From contig NC_068986.1 of assembly GCF_001194135.2 (NCBI RefSeq), positions 99,639,480-99,676,046 of the forward strand: a DNA stretch of 36,567 nt. The letters run 5' to 3'. Both the position numbers and the translations under genes were made by a program. The notes beneath the pieces are model-generated. The model was not told the origin of the DNA. It was given only the letters and a program-made list of their open reading frames with translations, and did not search any database. Each line of letters starts with the position of its first letter. Within the stretch, counting starts at the first letter, position 1. The stretch is from Octopus bimaculoides. Its lineage: Eukaryota. Positions 1-11,049 of this stretch are shown here, piece by piece.

Positions 1-55
1 TATATATATATATACATGTATGTATATATATATAATAAATAAAATATAATATATA

Positions 56-94
<39 letters not shown>

Positions 95-236
95 GCATAT
101 CTGGCTACATGACGTCACCAACGGTGCAAATAACAAGGATTAAACAAAAAATGACACACACACACGCACACACAAACACACACACGCACACACAAACACA
201 CACACGCACACACGCACACACACATGTATATATACA

Positions 237-267
<31 letters not shown>

Positions 268-270
268 GTG
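1..270. repeat. (TA)n, (CA)n and (TG)n microsatellite block
   Basis: Direct read: TA-rich 1-104, CA-rich about 151-225, TG-rich about 236-270. Confidence 0.95.
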
Positions 271-273
271 TAT

Positions 274-423
274 GTCAGGCTTCAGATTCTGTCTACTAAA
301 TCTTCTCACAGCGCTTTGGTCGGTCTCAGACTGTAGTAGAAGACACTCACCCAAGGTGCCACGATGTGAGACTGAACCTGGTACCCTGTGGTTAGAAAGA
401 AAACTTCTTACCATACAGCCACG
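274..423 (-). mobile_element. SINE family A, diverged 5' portion (tRNA-like head plus CORE-like segment; octopus OR-type)
   Basis: Aligns by eye to the copies at 11108, 18459 and 34241 (gctttggtcgg...agtagaagacact...cccaaggtgccacg...actgaacc...tgtggtt...cttacca). Confidence 0.85.
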
Positions 424-1398
424 TATATATGTTTGCACTTTCGCGCGCGAGCGCGCGTGTGTATGTTCATATATATGCATATAAGGATAAATACATAATT
501 CGTATGTATTTATACACACATACAGAAATACACACCCGCACATTTCCCCACATATAAATGGAAGCACAGATTCACGCTCGCGTATGTACACGTATTATTA
601 AATACTTTACGTTTTTGATATATTTTCTTAGAATGAGAAATTCATATTAATAACTAACCACAGCAATTTATTCGCTAATATAGATAAAAACAAATTACTT
701 CAGGAAAATTAATAATCTTCCTGAATGATATCATATTCATATGGACTACAGATGATAATGAATTTTAATTTATAATTAAGCTTTAATGTTTTTAATGATG
801 CAGAGATATAAATGAAATCTACTTCAATCTACGACGTAGAAAAAATTATTATTTTGGCTAATTTCTATAGAACTTTTAAAACCCACCACCAACATAACAC
901 TCTACGATCTATAATTTTCCGGATAAATTTATCAATAGAAGTTTTAAAACAATAAGATACAATTATTTAACAGTTCACACATTACAGGTATACGCCCTCC
1001 CCGCAAAACAGAAGTACAGACCATTTCATTATTTAAACATGTATATTTTTTCCTAATTTAAAATTTTTTGCACGCACACATTGAACGGAGATTTAGGAGA
1101 TAAATTCCAGCAAGCCTTATTGATTTTTTTTGATAATTCTAAAAATCTATAAACCAGACACGGTGTCGCCGGATAAGGAAGTTATTCGTGGAGCTTGTGG
1201 AAGAAATTAAATCCAGTATCTAACACATTCACTTCGGATTTGGGAAGCAGTTTTAGAAGGATCTGAGCTAAATCCTGTTATTAAAACTATACTCTACATT
1301 GGATCATGCCACTAAGAGGTATTATATATTTTGTGGCATGCTCATGCTCTTGCTTGATGGGGCTAGGGTCATTCCAAGTTAGAGGTCCCAGAGAAGGC

Positions 1399-2200
1399 AT
1401 CATGCCTAGAGCCGATCAGATCCACCAGAGCTCTCCATCACTAGCAATTCCGTGCCAGCATTTCGGCATTATGCAAGATGACGTCGAGACTCGGGAGCCT
1501 ATGTTGTTCACTGGGGAGAAGGTATTGACGTTGTGTTCTCCGCATTTGCCAGTTTTTGTCAATGTATAAAGTCTGAGTGGAAGCGCAATGGCCCAGTGGT
1601 TAGGTCATAGGATCGCGGTTTCGATTCCCGGACTAGACGTTGTGAGTGTTTATTGAGCGAAAACACCTAAAAGCTCCACGAGGCTCCAGCAGGAGATGGT
1701 GGCGAACCCTGCTGTACTCTTTCACCACAACTTTCTCTCACTCTTACTTCCTATTTCTGTTGTGCCTGTAATTCAATGGGTCAGCCTTGTCACACTGTGT
1801 CACGCTGAATATCTCCGAGAACTACGTTAAGGGTACANNNNNNNNNNCCTATTTCTGTTGTGCCTGTAATTCAATGGGTCAGCCTTGTCACACTGTGTCA
1901 CGCTGAATATCTCCGAGAACTACGTTAAGGGTACACGTGTCTGTGGAGTGCTCAGCCACTTGCACGTTAATTTCACGAGCAGGCTGTTCCGTTGATCGGA
2001 TCAACTGGAACCCTCGACGTCGTAAGCGACGGAGTGCCAACACACACAACGCATAAAGTCTGATACTCGTCTCACTGTGCGAAAGAAATTCTCGCATAAT
2101 CACACGATCTGCAATTAATAGCAGCCAAATATACCTCAAAACACAAACTATTGTCTTTAGAATGAGGTAAATCTTAGATGCATCCTCTCCACTAAAAACG
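1399..2200 (-). mobile_element. Degenerate RTE-like LINE 3' end, interrupted by a SINE
   Basis: After removing the SINE and one TSD the minus strand reads ...IMREFLSHSETSIRLYTLTKTGKCGE, then (frameshift) TQRQYLL...LARNC**WRALVDLIGSRHD. This resembles the RTE C-terminal pattern FLGH..R..LE.L..TGK.EG..RGRQR...WR. Confidence 0.45.
1577..2050 (+). mobile_element. SINE family B (tRNA-derived head), near full length, with 11-bp TSD
   Basis: Head ggaagcgcaatggcccagtggttagg...ggtttcgattcc (A/B-box-like); CAA/CA tail; TSD ataaagtctga at 1566-1576 and 2053-2063; homologous to 13076-13268 and 19036-19373. Confidence 0.92.
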
Positions 2201-2669
2201 TAAATCGTAAGTCTGCTTATTCAGGATTGGTTTGGGTCTTAGCAACAGAAGTCTATAATTTATCATTACACTCACGTCATATCGTTTACGACATATAGTA
2301 TGGGAAAGTTGAAAGATTAAAGGAAGTAATGAATAAATAATGCCCTTCACATGAACATCTACCATAGTTAAAATTTAAGATGAGACGACTTTACAATTCC
2401 GCTTTTGAAAAATCAATATACTAAACCAAATGCTGATATTAATAATGGATATATAAATAATTTAGTAGATGAAATATATATAACATTATGGAAACATATT
2501 CAACATGATAAATACTACAAAATTACCAATTAGTAAAATCAATGAAATAAGATATAAATTGTATTCTATGAACTTAATGGCCCTGATAAGAGAATAGATT
2601 AACACAAAAATTCAGTAAGCAGAGCACAATATTATATTAATGGATAAAATCGCTACTTTTGTATTAATA

Positions 2670-3495
2670 TACTTTTATCTGATCAAGAAGTATCTGGACT
2701 GTTGCTATAGAAACGAAGCTAAAGTACGCAGAGTGAAGTCGCTCGAGACAGATTCACCTTGAACTCTGCTTTTAACGTTGTAGCTCATTTCCGTGGTTTA
2801 CAGTAGTGCTCGGAAGGAAGATGTGTAGCGTGTGAGCGTCGCATTGACCATGACAGAGAAAGTTGAGCAGAGAATCTGCATGGAATGTTGCCAAAAGCTT
2901 GGCGATACCTACTCAGAGGCCTACGCAAAGTTTTCAAAAAGTTTTCATCGCTCTCGACACAATCAAGGACAGTTTGTGCAACTGAAACCCGCGTGTTTCT
3001 TTCGTCAGCTGAAAGCAGTTTTGGCACAAACTTGGCAGACACGCATCTCGTACACAAATCTTCTGTGATAATGGACTGAACTCATCCGTAACTAATCTGC
3101 ACAGCCTCTGATATCTCACGGATGGTGATTCGACGATTTCTCCTCAGAGCTGCACGCATATTTGCAATGTTTTTCTCAGTTCTGCTGGTTGCGGGACTCC
3201 CAGGACGTTCGTCAACCTACAGAACTACTGCTACTCAAGTTTCTTGAATATTTTAAACTCCAGTTTCTCGCAAATTTAAATATTCATTGTCATTCACTAC
3301 GTCCAATTCACAAATTTGAATATTCCTTGCATTCACTGCGAGAATTCCATTCTCATGTGCAAAGTCTCTCACTTTCTCTTTTAAGCTTTCATTCGCTATT
3401 TCGAAAACCGATAGTTTGTTGTATTAATGAATACGTAATTTATTATTTATTGAATGAAATTTTTTTAAATACCCATATACTTTTTGATCGCGGGA
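2670..3495 (+). mobile_element. Internally deleted and inverted mariner relic
   Basis: Plus strand from 2850: MTEKVEQRICMECCQKLGDTYSEAYAK (mariner N-terminal HTH). Minus strand about 3210-2926: VDERPGSPATSRTEKNIANMRAALRRNRRITIREISEAVQISYG*VQSIITEDLCTRCVSAKFVPKLLSAD...DENFLKTL. TIR remnants gatcaagaagtat (2681-2693) and atactttttgatc (3477-3489). Confidence 0.85.
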
Positions 3496-3759
3496 TAGCT
3501 GTGAGAAGAGCCTAGAAATTTGAGTAATAACTATTACAAGACGAGGAGAAAAAAAAAGATACCGACAAGCACTCGAAACTTGCACTTTATTCACAGTTTC
3601 CGGACACTCTGTACCACGTAGCCAATATTTACACAAAAAAGTTGCACGAGCGACTTCAACAGTAACACCCTCGCGCACACACATAGATACACATACACAT
3701 AAATGAAAGGCAATGAATGTGTGTGTATGTGTGTTTGCTGTTCATTGACAAAACTTCGT

Positions 3760-4135
3760 GCTGCATTACTTTTGCGAAATCTTGTCAGTGCGCAGGTCGC
3801 GGTTTCAAAGCAAAGAAAATATTTTGACACAAATGAAATGTTAATGTTGAAGTGAAACTGGTACTACTTAAATACAGAGGTTCCTTAGCGGTTCTACTTA
3901 AATACAGGTGTTACGTACGAAATATTCTAAGTGTACGCTGTGTGGACGTGTAATGACACCCTAACACTCATCCTAACTAACCCTCTCCTTCATATTGCTA
4001 CGTAGATGCATCGGGACCACTGTATTTAAGTAGTGCCGTGAAACTAACGGTTTCTGTGTGTTCTTGAACGGCTTACAAACATCTACGCTGCAATTGTTTT
4101 TGTTTCAGCACTCGATCTTAGATCGAGTGAATTGT
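3760..4135 (-). repeat. Dispersed repeat, copy 1 (interrupted by the MITE at 3860-4037)
   Basis: Without the MITE it aligns to the reverse complement of 32479-32686 (ttgtcagtg..gtcgcggt..gaaaatattttgaca..gttgaagtgaa..acgctgcaattgtttttgtttc). Confidence 0.8.
3860..4037. mobile_element. 178-bp MITE with TIRs and 8-bp TSD (Merlin-like termini)
   Basis: TIR ggtactacttaaatacagaggttcc / gggaccactgtatttaagtagtgcc (22 of 25 match); perfect TSD gtgaaact at 3852-3859 and 4038-4045; extra internal TIR sub-repeat at 3894-3907. Confidence 0.88.
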
Positions 4136-5176
4136 TATGTCCATAATTTTTTTTAAAAATCAGTGTGGATAAATCCTAATAATGACCATCTCAGGCTCTC
4201 CGATATTTTAATTTCTAAACAGAAACAGAAATTGGGAGCAGGGAGTGAGGTTGCAAAAAATTCATAATTTCGCAAATTTTCTTTTTTATAGCATAAAAAT
4301 GTATTTATGGTGAAAAAAATATTGAAAAACATCAATGCAAGTNNNNNNNNNNNNNNNNNNNNNNNNNNNNNNNNNNNNNNNNNNNNNNNNNNNNNNNNNN
4401 NNNNNNNNNNNNNNNNNNNNNNNNNNNNNNNNNNNNNNNNNNNNNNNNNNNNNNNNNNNNNNNNNNNNNNNNNNNNNNNNNNNNNNNNNNNNNNNNNNNN
4501 NNNNNNNNNNNNNNNNNNNNNNNNNNNNNNNNNNNNNNNNNNNNNNNNNNNNNNNNNNNNNNNNNNNNNNNNNNNNNNNNNNNNNNNNNNNNNNNNNNNN
4601 NNNNNNNNNNNNNNNNNNNNNNNNNNNNNNNNNNNNNNNNNNNNNNNNNNNNNNNNNNNNNNNNNNNNNNNNNNNNNNNNNNNNNNNNNNNNNNNNNNNN
4701 NNNNNNNNNNNNNNNNNNNNNNNNNNNNNNNNNNNNNNNNNNNNNNNNNNNNNNNNNNNNNNNNNNNNNNNNNNNNNNNNNNNNNNNNNNNNNNNNNNNN
4801 NNNNNNNNNNNNNNNNNNNNNNNNNNNNNNNNNNNNNNNNNNNNNNNNNNNNNNNNNNNNNNNNNNNNNNNNNNNNNNNNNNNNNNNNNNNNNNNNNNNN
4901 NNNNNNNNNNNNNNNNNNNNNNNNNNNNNNNNNNNNNNNNNNNNNNNNNNNNNNNNNNNNNNNNNNNNNNNNNNNNNNNNNNNNNNNNNATATATATATA
5001 TATATATATATAAATATATATATAGTGGCTGTCTACTCCTTATGCAGCATTTGACCACCTCCTGTACCTACACCTTAGAACCATCATGGCATCTGATGTG
5101 GGCTTTTTAAACCAGCCAATGTTTTGAAAAGACACTCACATTGATTGCATATATATATACGCACACACACACAGAA

Positions 5177-6452
5177 TATGCGATGGGTAAATTGTTGTCA
5201 TTTTATATTTTTTTATTTCGCGCATGCACGCTTTTTGTCTGATTTTGTCGACTACACAGTATAGTAGGGTCAGTTTGGCAACGTTTGTGACAAAAACAGC
5301 ACCATGACGCAATTCACTCTGCCAGAAATTTGCAAATGACATGTTGTCCTGCTTGGCAGTGCGAACATTTCAGAGTATTTGGGTCTCAATCCGAGGACAG
5401 TGCAGAGGGTTCGGAAGAAGTTGGATCAGTCTAATGGTGAATACAAAGGTACGGCGGCACGGAAAACTCACTCTAATCGTTCTGGTAAGGAAAAAAGTCT
5501 CCTGAATTTGTTGGTGAGATCCAGGCCATAATTGACAACGATCCCTCCAAGCCAATCAGGTCTATCGCCAGGAACATGGGAGTTTCTGAGTTTCTTATCA
5601 GGCATGTAGTGCAGGAAGATATTCGGTAATCCTCGTATAAGATGAGAAAGGGCCAATATTTATCCCAAGCCATCAACAAGAGGAAAGACAGCGCTACGAA
5701 GCTTTTGGACAAACTCAAGCATTCCCTGCAACGGAACATTCTTTGGTCTTTCTCAGACAAGAAAAATTTCTGCCAGGATGAGGGTGTGAACACACAGAAC
5801 AACTGTTGCCTTGCCAATTCCCCAGAACATGTACCGATAGTGAAAAAAATCAAACATCCAGTCAACATCATGGTGTTTGGAGTGATTACTAGTGATGGCG
5901 ACGTTATGTCCCCATTCATCTTCCCACACGGCCTCAGGCTTAACACGGACCCTACATCATGTGCCCGGAGGGTGTAATGCAGCCCTGGGTCAAGAGAGCG
6001 GCTGCTGGATGACATTATATCTGACAACTGGACTCTGCAACATGCCACAAAAGCAGGAGAATCCAGTCATGATTGTCAGACAATTTCCGCGACCACATCA
6101 CTCCTAACATCTGGCCATCGAACTCATCAGACTGCAACCCCTTTGATTATTATGTGTGGGGCGCAGTTGAGTGAGAGACCAACAAAACTCGTTGAAATAC
6201 AAAAGATGAACTGAAGGCAAGGATTATGGCACCATTCACCAACTTAAACAAGGAGACCTCCAGAAGAGTTGCAGGAGATTCCAAAGTCATCTCGAGGCCA
6301 TGGTTGAAGCCAATGGCGATTTTATTGGATAAATTTACTCTTTGGTATTTCAAGATATTTTTATGTAATACTAGCAAACATATCTGCTAAATTGAGACGT
6401 CAGTGTTAATTTCATTTTTCCATAATTTAGACGACAATTTATTCACTGCACC

Positions 6453-6455
<3 letters not shown>
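5177..6455 (+). mobile_element. maT-family (DD37D) Tc1/mariner-superfamily transposon relic; transposase pseudogene about 5304-6332
   Basis: HTH ISEYLGLNPRTVQRVRKKL; FSDKKNF; IMVFGVITSDG; QLDSATCH followed by exactly 37 residues to the D of WPSNSSDCNPFDYYVWG. Multiple stops and frameshifts; imperfect TIRs share taaattgtYgtc. Confidence 0.9.
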
Positions 6456-6516
<61 letters not shown>

Positions 6517-7827
6517 ACACACACATACATATACTTTATATATATATATGTATATATACATGTGTTCTGAACGTGTGTGTGCATGTGTGAGTGTGTGTGT
6601 GTGAGTGTGTGTCTGCTGTATATCTGCCTAATAGTACTAGCAACATTCTTAAAGCAACCTTTCTCTAATTGAAAAAAGAATACAGAATAGGAAAAATAAT
6701 GTCAACCGAAGAGTTGACGACTCTAAAACTGAAGAATATTCTTTACGTTTGGTACCACTAACTTACATAGACTAATAGGCACCGCCAATGCATGACGAAA
6801 GCAACCTCTGAATTGTCGTTCGGTTATATTTAACGGTTTGTTAGTCCCACAATTCTTTTGAGATATATCCTCGCTCAACTGCACATTCCGGAACACAATA
6901 GATTGCAAACGATGTAGATTGTTTAATCATGTTATTGTTATACCATTTAAAACATGAGGCTACTTGTTATCAAATACTCTTTAAAAATTCTTAAAAGCGT
7001 TACGGTTATTGTTCTCAAAATAGCCTTAGACGCAAAACAAATACATACACTCAAACGGTGATAAAATCAAATTCGCATATGTATATACATACACATGTGC
7101 ACACAGTTATTTGCGCGTACGTATATATTCATAGACACACACACACACATGTATAGGAACAAAATCACAGTGATGAATTTACAGATACACACGCAATCTC
7201 ACAAACACACACACACGTATTAAAATAACACTAGTGTCTTTTCTGTGCATCCATCAATTAAAATGAAGTCATCCTAAAAGCCAATAGCAGAGCCAACATT
7301 TGTCGCTTTTATCTGCTAGAAATCGCAACCAAATCATCTCTCTCAGTTCACAACTTGCGGTCTTAATATACGAAGGACGTACTGTATATTTAAGATGCAC
7401 TGAGAGAAAAAAAAAACAGGTATGGGATAGGCAAACCGGGAATGTTTGGATCATAGATCCATGGATGAAGGATATGCTAGTGCAAAACTATATCAAAACG
7501 GTCCTGTGTATGATCTTTTGCAGGGTTACTTGTCATACAAGAAATGCGAACCAGCTCTATTTCAAATCACATACATAAATAAAATGGAGAAAGTACATCA
7601 GATAATGTATTCCTAGACATTTCGAACAAGACATATGGTCACGGCGAAAATGTCTTTGAACACATTGAGTCTGGCTGATAAAGACTGATCAAACAACAAA
7701 ACAAGCAATTAATATATTCTCTTTCTTTCTCTCTCCCTCTCTCTCTCTCTTTCTCACCCTCTCAGTCATTTCAGACAAACATTCTAAAACCTCAGTAGCA
7801 TTAATAGCATCGATAATCGATAGTGTC

Positions 7828-8175
7828 TTTAATAGTTTATTCTGATGAATACTAAAGGTGTCCTATGAAGATAACATGATAGACATCGAGGTAGTAAGAC
7901 AAGCAAAAACCTAGAGAAAGTTTCGTAACGGCATAAGGCGACAACAGGTTCAGTTCATTGGATATCATTTGAGAAGACAAAGCCATGATTATTCGGTGAC
8001 GACCGGAGATTAACATGAAGAAGAAGTCAGGCAAGATAAAGAGATAGCACACTTGCAGGTCTTAGCTACCGTCTTCAGATAGCTGGTGCAATAAAGTGCT
8101 AATTTGCGTGGGTCAGTAGGTCGATCTCATGGAGGTCGATGATCAACGGGATCTGTAAGTATACCACATGAAGAT
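7828..8175 (+). mobile_element. Degenerate RTE-like LINE 3' end
   Basis: Plus frame ILKVSYEDNMIDIEVVRQAKT*RKFRNGIRRQQVQFIGYHLRRQSHDYSVTTG and terminal SWRSMINGICKYTT*; resembles the RTE C-terminus; runs into a (GA)n tract. Confidence 0.6.
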
Positions 8176-8215
8176 CGATAGAGAGATAGAGAGAGAGGAG
8201 TGGAGACATAGAGCA

Positions 8216-8304
<89 letters not shown>

Positions 8305-8372
8305 CAAAGGAAGAAATAAAGAAAAGACAAGAGAGAAAGAGAGGGTCGAGAATGAAAGAGAGAGAGAGAGAA
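8176..8372. repeat. (GA)n microsatellite / purine tract
   Basis: Direct read. Confidence 0.95.
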
Positions 8373-8862
8373 AATAAACAAATGTGTCCGGATGAACACC
8401 ATCAATAATAAATGCATAAGATTGTCTACTTGACCAGCTCCGTTTTGCTCACGTTTACTCTGACAACCGGAAGTGGTTACTGCGCGTACGCCGGTTGTCA
8501 AAGTACAGACTGTTAAAATATTAATATTTGACTTTCAGCGTATTGTCCGAGTACTGCTATCTCGACCTTTTGGAATTTGTAGTCAAGTGTTCTTTAAATC
8601 GTTTCTTTCTGTTATTTAAAACTAGATGAGGGTGGTCAATATTGTTCTAGATATAATATGTCTCAGCGATTGATAGAAAATGTGGTTCTGGCCGAAATGC
8701 TTTTGATTATAACTTTGCACCATCGTGACTGATATTGCGTTAAATACAAACAACAAGAGGTATACAGACGAACAAACGAGGAGTGAGCTAACAAAGGACA
8801 ATTTATTTGGAAGCTTGACTTGTTAGAAACAACAGTTACATCACATTCAAACTACACCTTAG

Positions 8863-9240
8863 TGTGGCAGAATCGTTACAACGCCGGGCGAAATGCTTAG
8901 CGGTATTTCATCTGTCTTTATGTTCTGAGTTCAAATTCCACCGTGGTCAACTTTGCCTTTCATCCTTTCAGGGTCGATAAATTAAGCACCAGTTACGCAC
9001 TGGGGTCGATGTAATCGACTTAATCCTTTTGTCTGTCCTTCTTTGTTCCCTCTGTGTTTAGCCGCTTGTGGGCAATAAAGAAATAAGAAACGTTAGCACG
9101 CCGGGCGAAATGCTTAGTGGTATTTCATGTGTCTTTACGTTCTGAGTTCAAACTCGACCGCGGTCGACTTTGCCTTTCATCCTTTCGGAGTCGATAAATT
9201 AAGTACCAGTTGCAGGCCTTGTGCCTAGAGTAGAAAAAAA
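8863..9240 (+). mobile_element. SINE family C, head-to-tail dimer (8863-9086 and 9087-9240)
   Basis: Unit acgccgggcgaaatgcttag...gagttcaaa...gtcRactttgcctttcatccttt.gg.gtcgataaattaag.accagtt occurs twice; A/B-box-like head; A-rich end. Confidence 0.85.
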
Positions 9241-10754
9241 TAACATACCAGACTGTTTGAGAACAACGACGACTCATAGGTACACGATCTGAAAATCGGG
9301 GCTAGAGAGTATTCCATTGAAAGAATCCATAAATTGAGTGAAGAAAATGTTATTGTTATTCTTTATCTCCTGGTTATCGCTGAATGGATATACTTGCTAT
9401 CAAAGGCTTTCGAACCGAGATTACTTTCCGTGACTTATCTTCGTTTCTGTAACTAGACTTCACTTTAACCATGTACAACTTGTGCGTGGCATGTGTATTC
9501 TTATTGGCTGCTGCAAGTATTATATCTGTATCGACGAATTTGACACACGGATTTTTCTGTTAAAATGTTTCACTATCCATTTGTTTAATTCTTCGTATTA
9601 CCATACCGAAAAATTTATTATACCCATATGAGAATTACCAATAAATACATCTACAGTAATCTCTTTTTATTGTGCACGGATGTATTTTTTATTCTTACAT
9701 CTTATATANNNNNNNNNNNNNNNNNNNNNNNNNNNNNNNNNNNNNNNNNNNNNNNNNNNNNNNNNNNNNNNNNNNNNNNNNNNNNNNNNNNNNNNNNNNN
9801 NNNNNNNNNNNNNNNNNNNNNNNNNNNNNNNNNNNNNNNNNNNNNNNNNNNNNNNNNNNNNNNNNNNNNNNNNNNTATGAAGCGATGCAAGATTCTCTTT
9901 TCTTTCTGGGAAAACAAAGCATCAGAACGCAGGAGCTGGCGCCAGTCCTGCTTCTCTTCAATTCAAAGATTTGAGCAAAGTCGACTCCAATATCGGGGCC
10001 AACTTCCTGCTAGCATGAAATGCACACTGACAAAACGCCGCTCTAGATAAAAAAAACGCCATTCCTACCTGTCATTGTTTTGTGATACGGAGCAAAGCAG
10101 GGTTTTCCGCTTACTCAAGAAAACAGGTAGTAAATGATCCACAAGCACTCGAGAAAAATGAGTCCTTGTTCTGTTTGCCAAACGTTTGCAAGGCACCTCC
10201 AGGCCCCAAGAAACAGATGCGTATCCATAGAACATAGCTACCGTTTTATTTTACTAAACCCTCATTTGTCATTCACGACGAGATAATCAATGACACACAC
10301 TAATGCATACATCTGACATTTTTTTTTTGCATTAATCTGCAAAACTCTATACACACACATAATGTTTTTGTTGTTTAACAATAAGCTGTATCTTCTTCAT
10401 CCATATATTTCAAGTCTCCTCAACTTGTTTTTTTATTATTAAATTCCATTTGCCAATAATTTTCTCTCCTGGTTTTAAAAACAAAAGAGAAATTTCTTTT
10501 TTTTTATTTTGACTCGTTTTTGTTTTATTTTCTAAACATTTATATATAAACATATTTATAGATATATGTAAATACATTCATACTTATACACACACACTCA
10601 CATATATATATATATATATATAAACACATATATATGCGTACACACATATACGCGTGTGTGTATAGTTTTATAGTTTTGTTATTTAATACTTAAACGCGTG
10701 ATTACTATTACAGTTTTGCTTGTTATGACAGCAGAATCTATCAAACCGACCTAT

Positions 10755-10786
<32 letters not shown>

Positions 10787-10918
10787 ACACACATATGCAC
10801 ACAAACAAACACACACGTACACACACGCACATACACACAAATATACACACACGTACATACACACACAAACACACACAAACACACACAAACACATACATTC
10901 ACTCTCTCTAACGCATAG

Positions 10919-10952
<34 letters not shown>

Positions 10953-11047
10953 ACACACGCACACACACACACTCTCTCTCTCTCTCCCTCTCACACACAC
11001 ACACAGACTCACACACAAACACAAATATACGTCTCTATGCATGTATG
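10755..11047. repeat. Compound (CA)n/(CT)n microsatellite
   Basis: Direct read. Confidence 0.9.
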
Positions 11048-11049
11048 TA

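Noticed and set aside
215-265. (CA)n-tgtatatataca-(TG)n perfect hairpin
   Set aside because: Simple-repeat symmetry at the microsatellite position of SINE A; not informative.
109-591. His/Thr- and Cys/Val-rich ORFs (also 10683-11069, 17922-18306, 29160-29659)
   Set aside because: Translations of (CA)n/(TG)n microsatellites.
1750-1935. Exact 88-bp tandem duplication (1750-1837 / 1848-1935) inside SINE B
   Set aside because: The copies are identical and separated by a 10-N gap, the signature of unmerged overlapping contig ends; absent from the other SINE B copies.
4153-5110. Long ORFs of 200-320 aa here and at 14110-14718, 15542-16517, 23626-24216, 26437-26979, 27673-28127 and 33385-34344
   Set aside because: They are open only because they run through N gaps and (TA)n tracts.
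8863-9240. Repeated units that might suggest a CRISPR-like array
   Set aside because: Only two long units with no unique spacers, in a eukaryotic context; explained as a SINE dimer.
9886-10290. GC-richer island with a 56-codon minus-strand frame (MFYGYASVSWGLEVPCKR...) and a GTAGGA donor-like site
   Set aside because: No recognisable motif, no good acceptor, stops in the other frames; cannot be told from decayed repeat.
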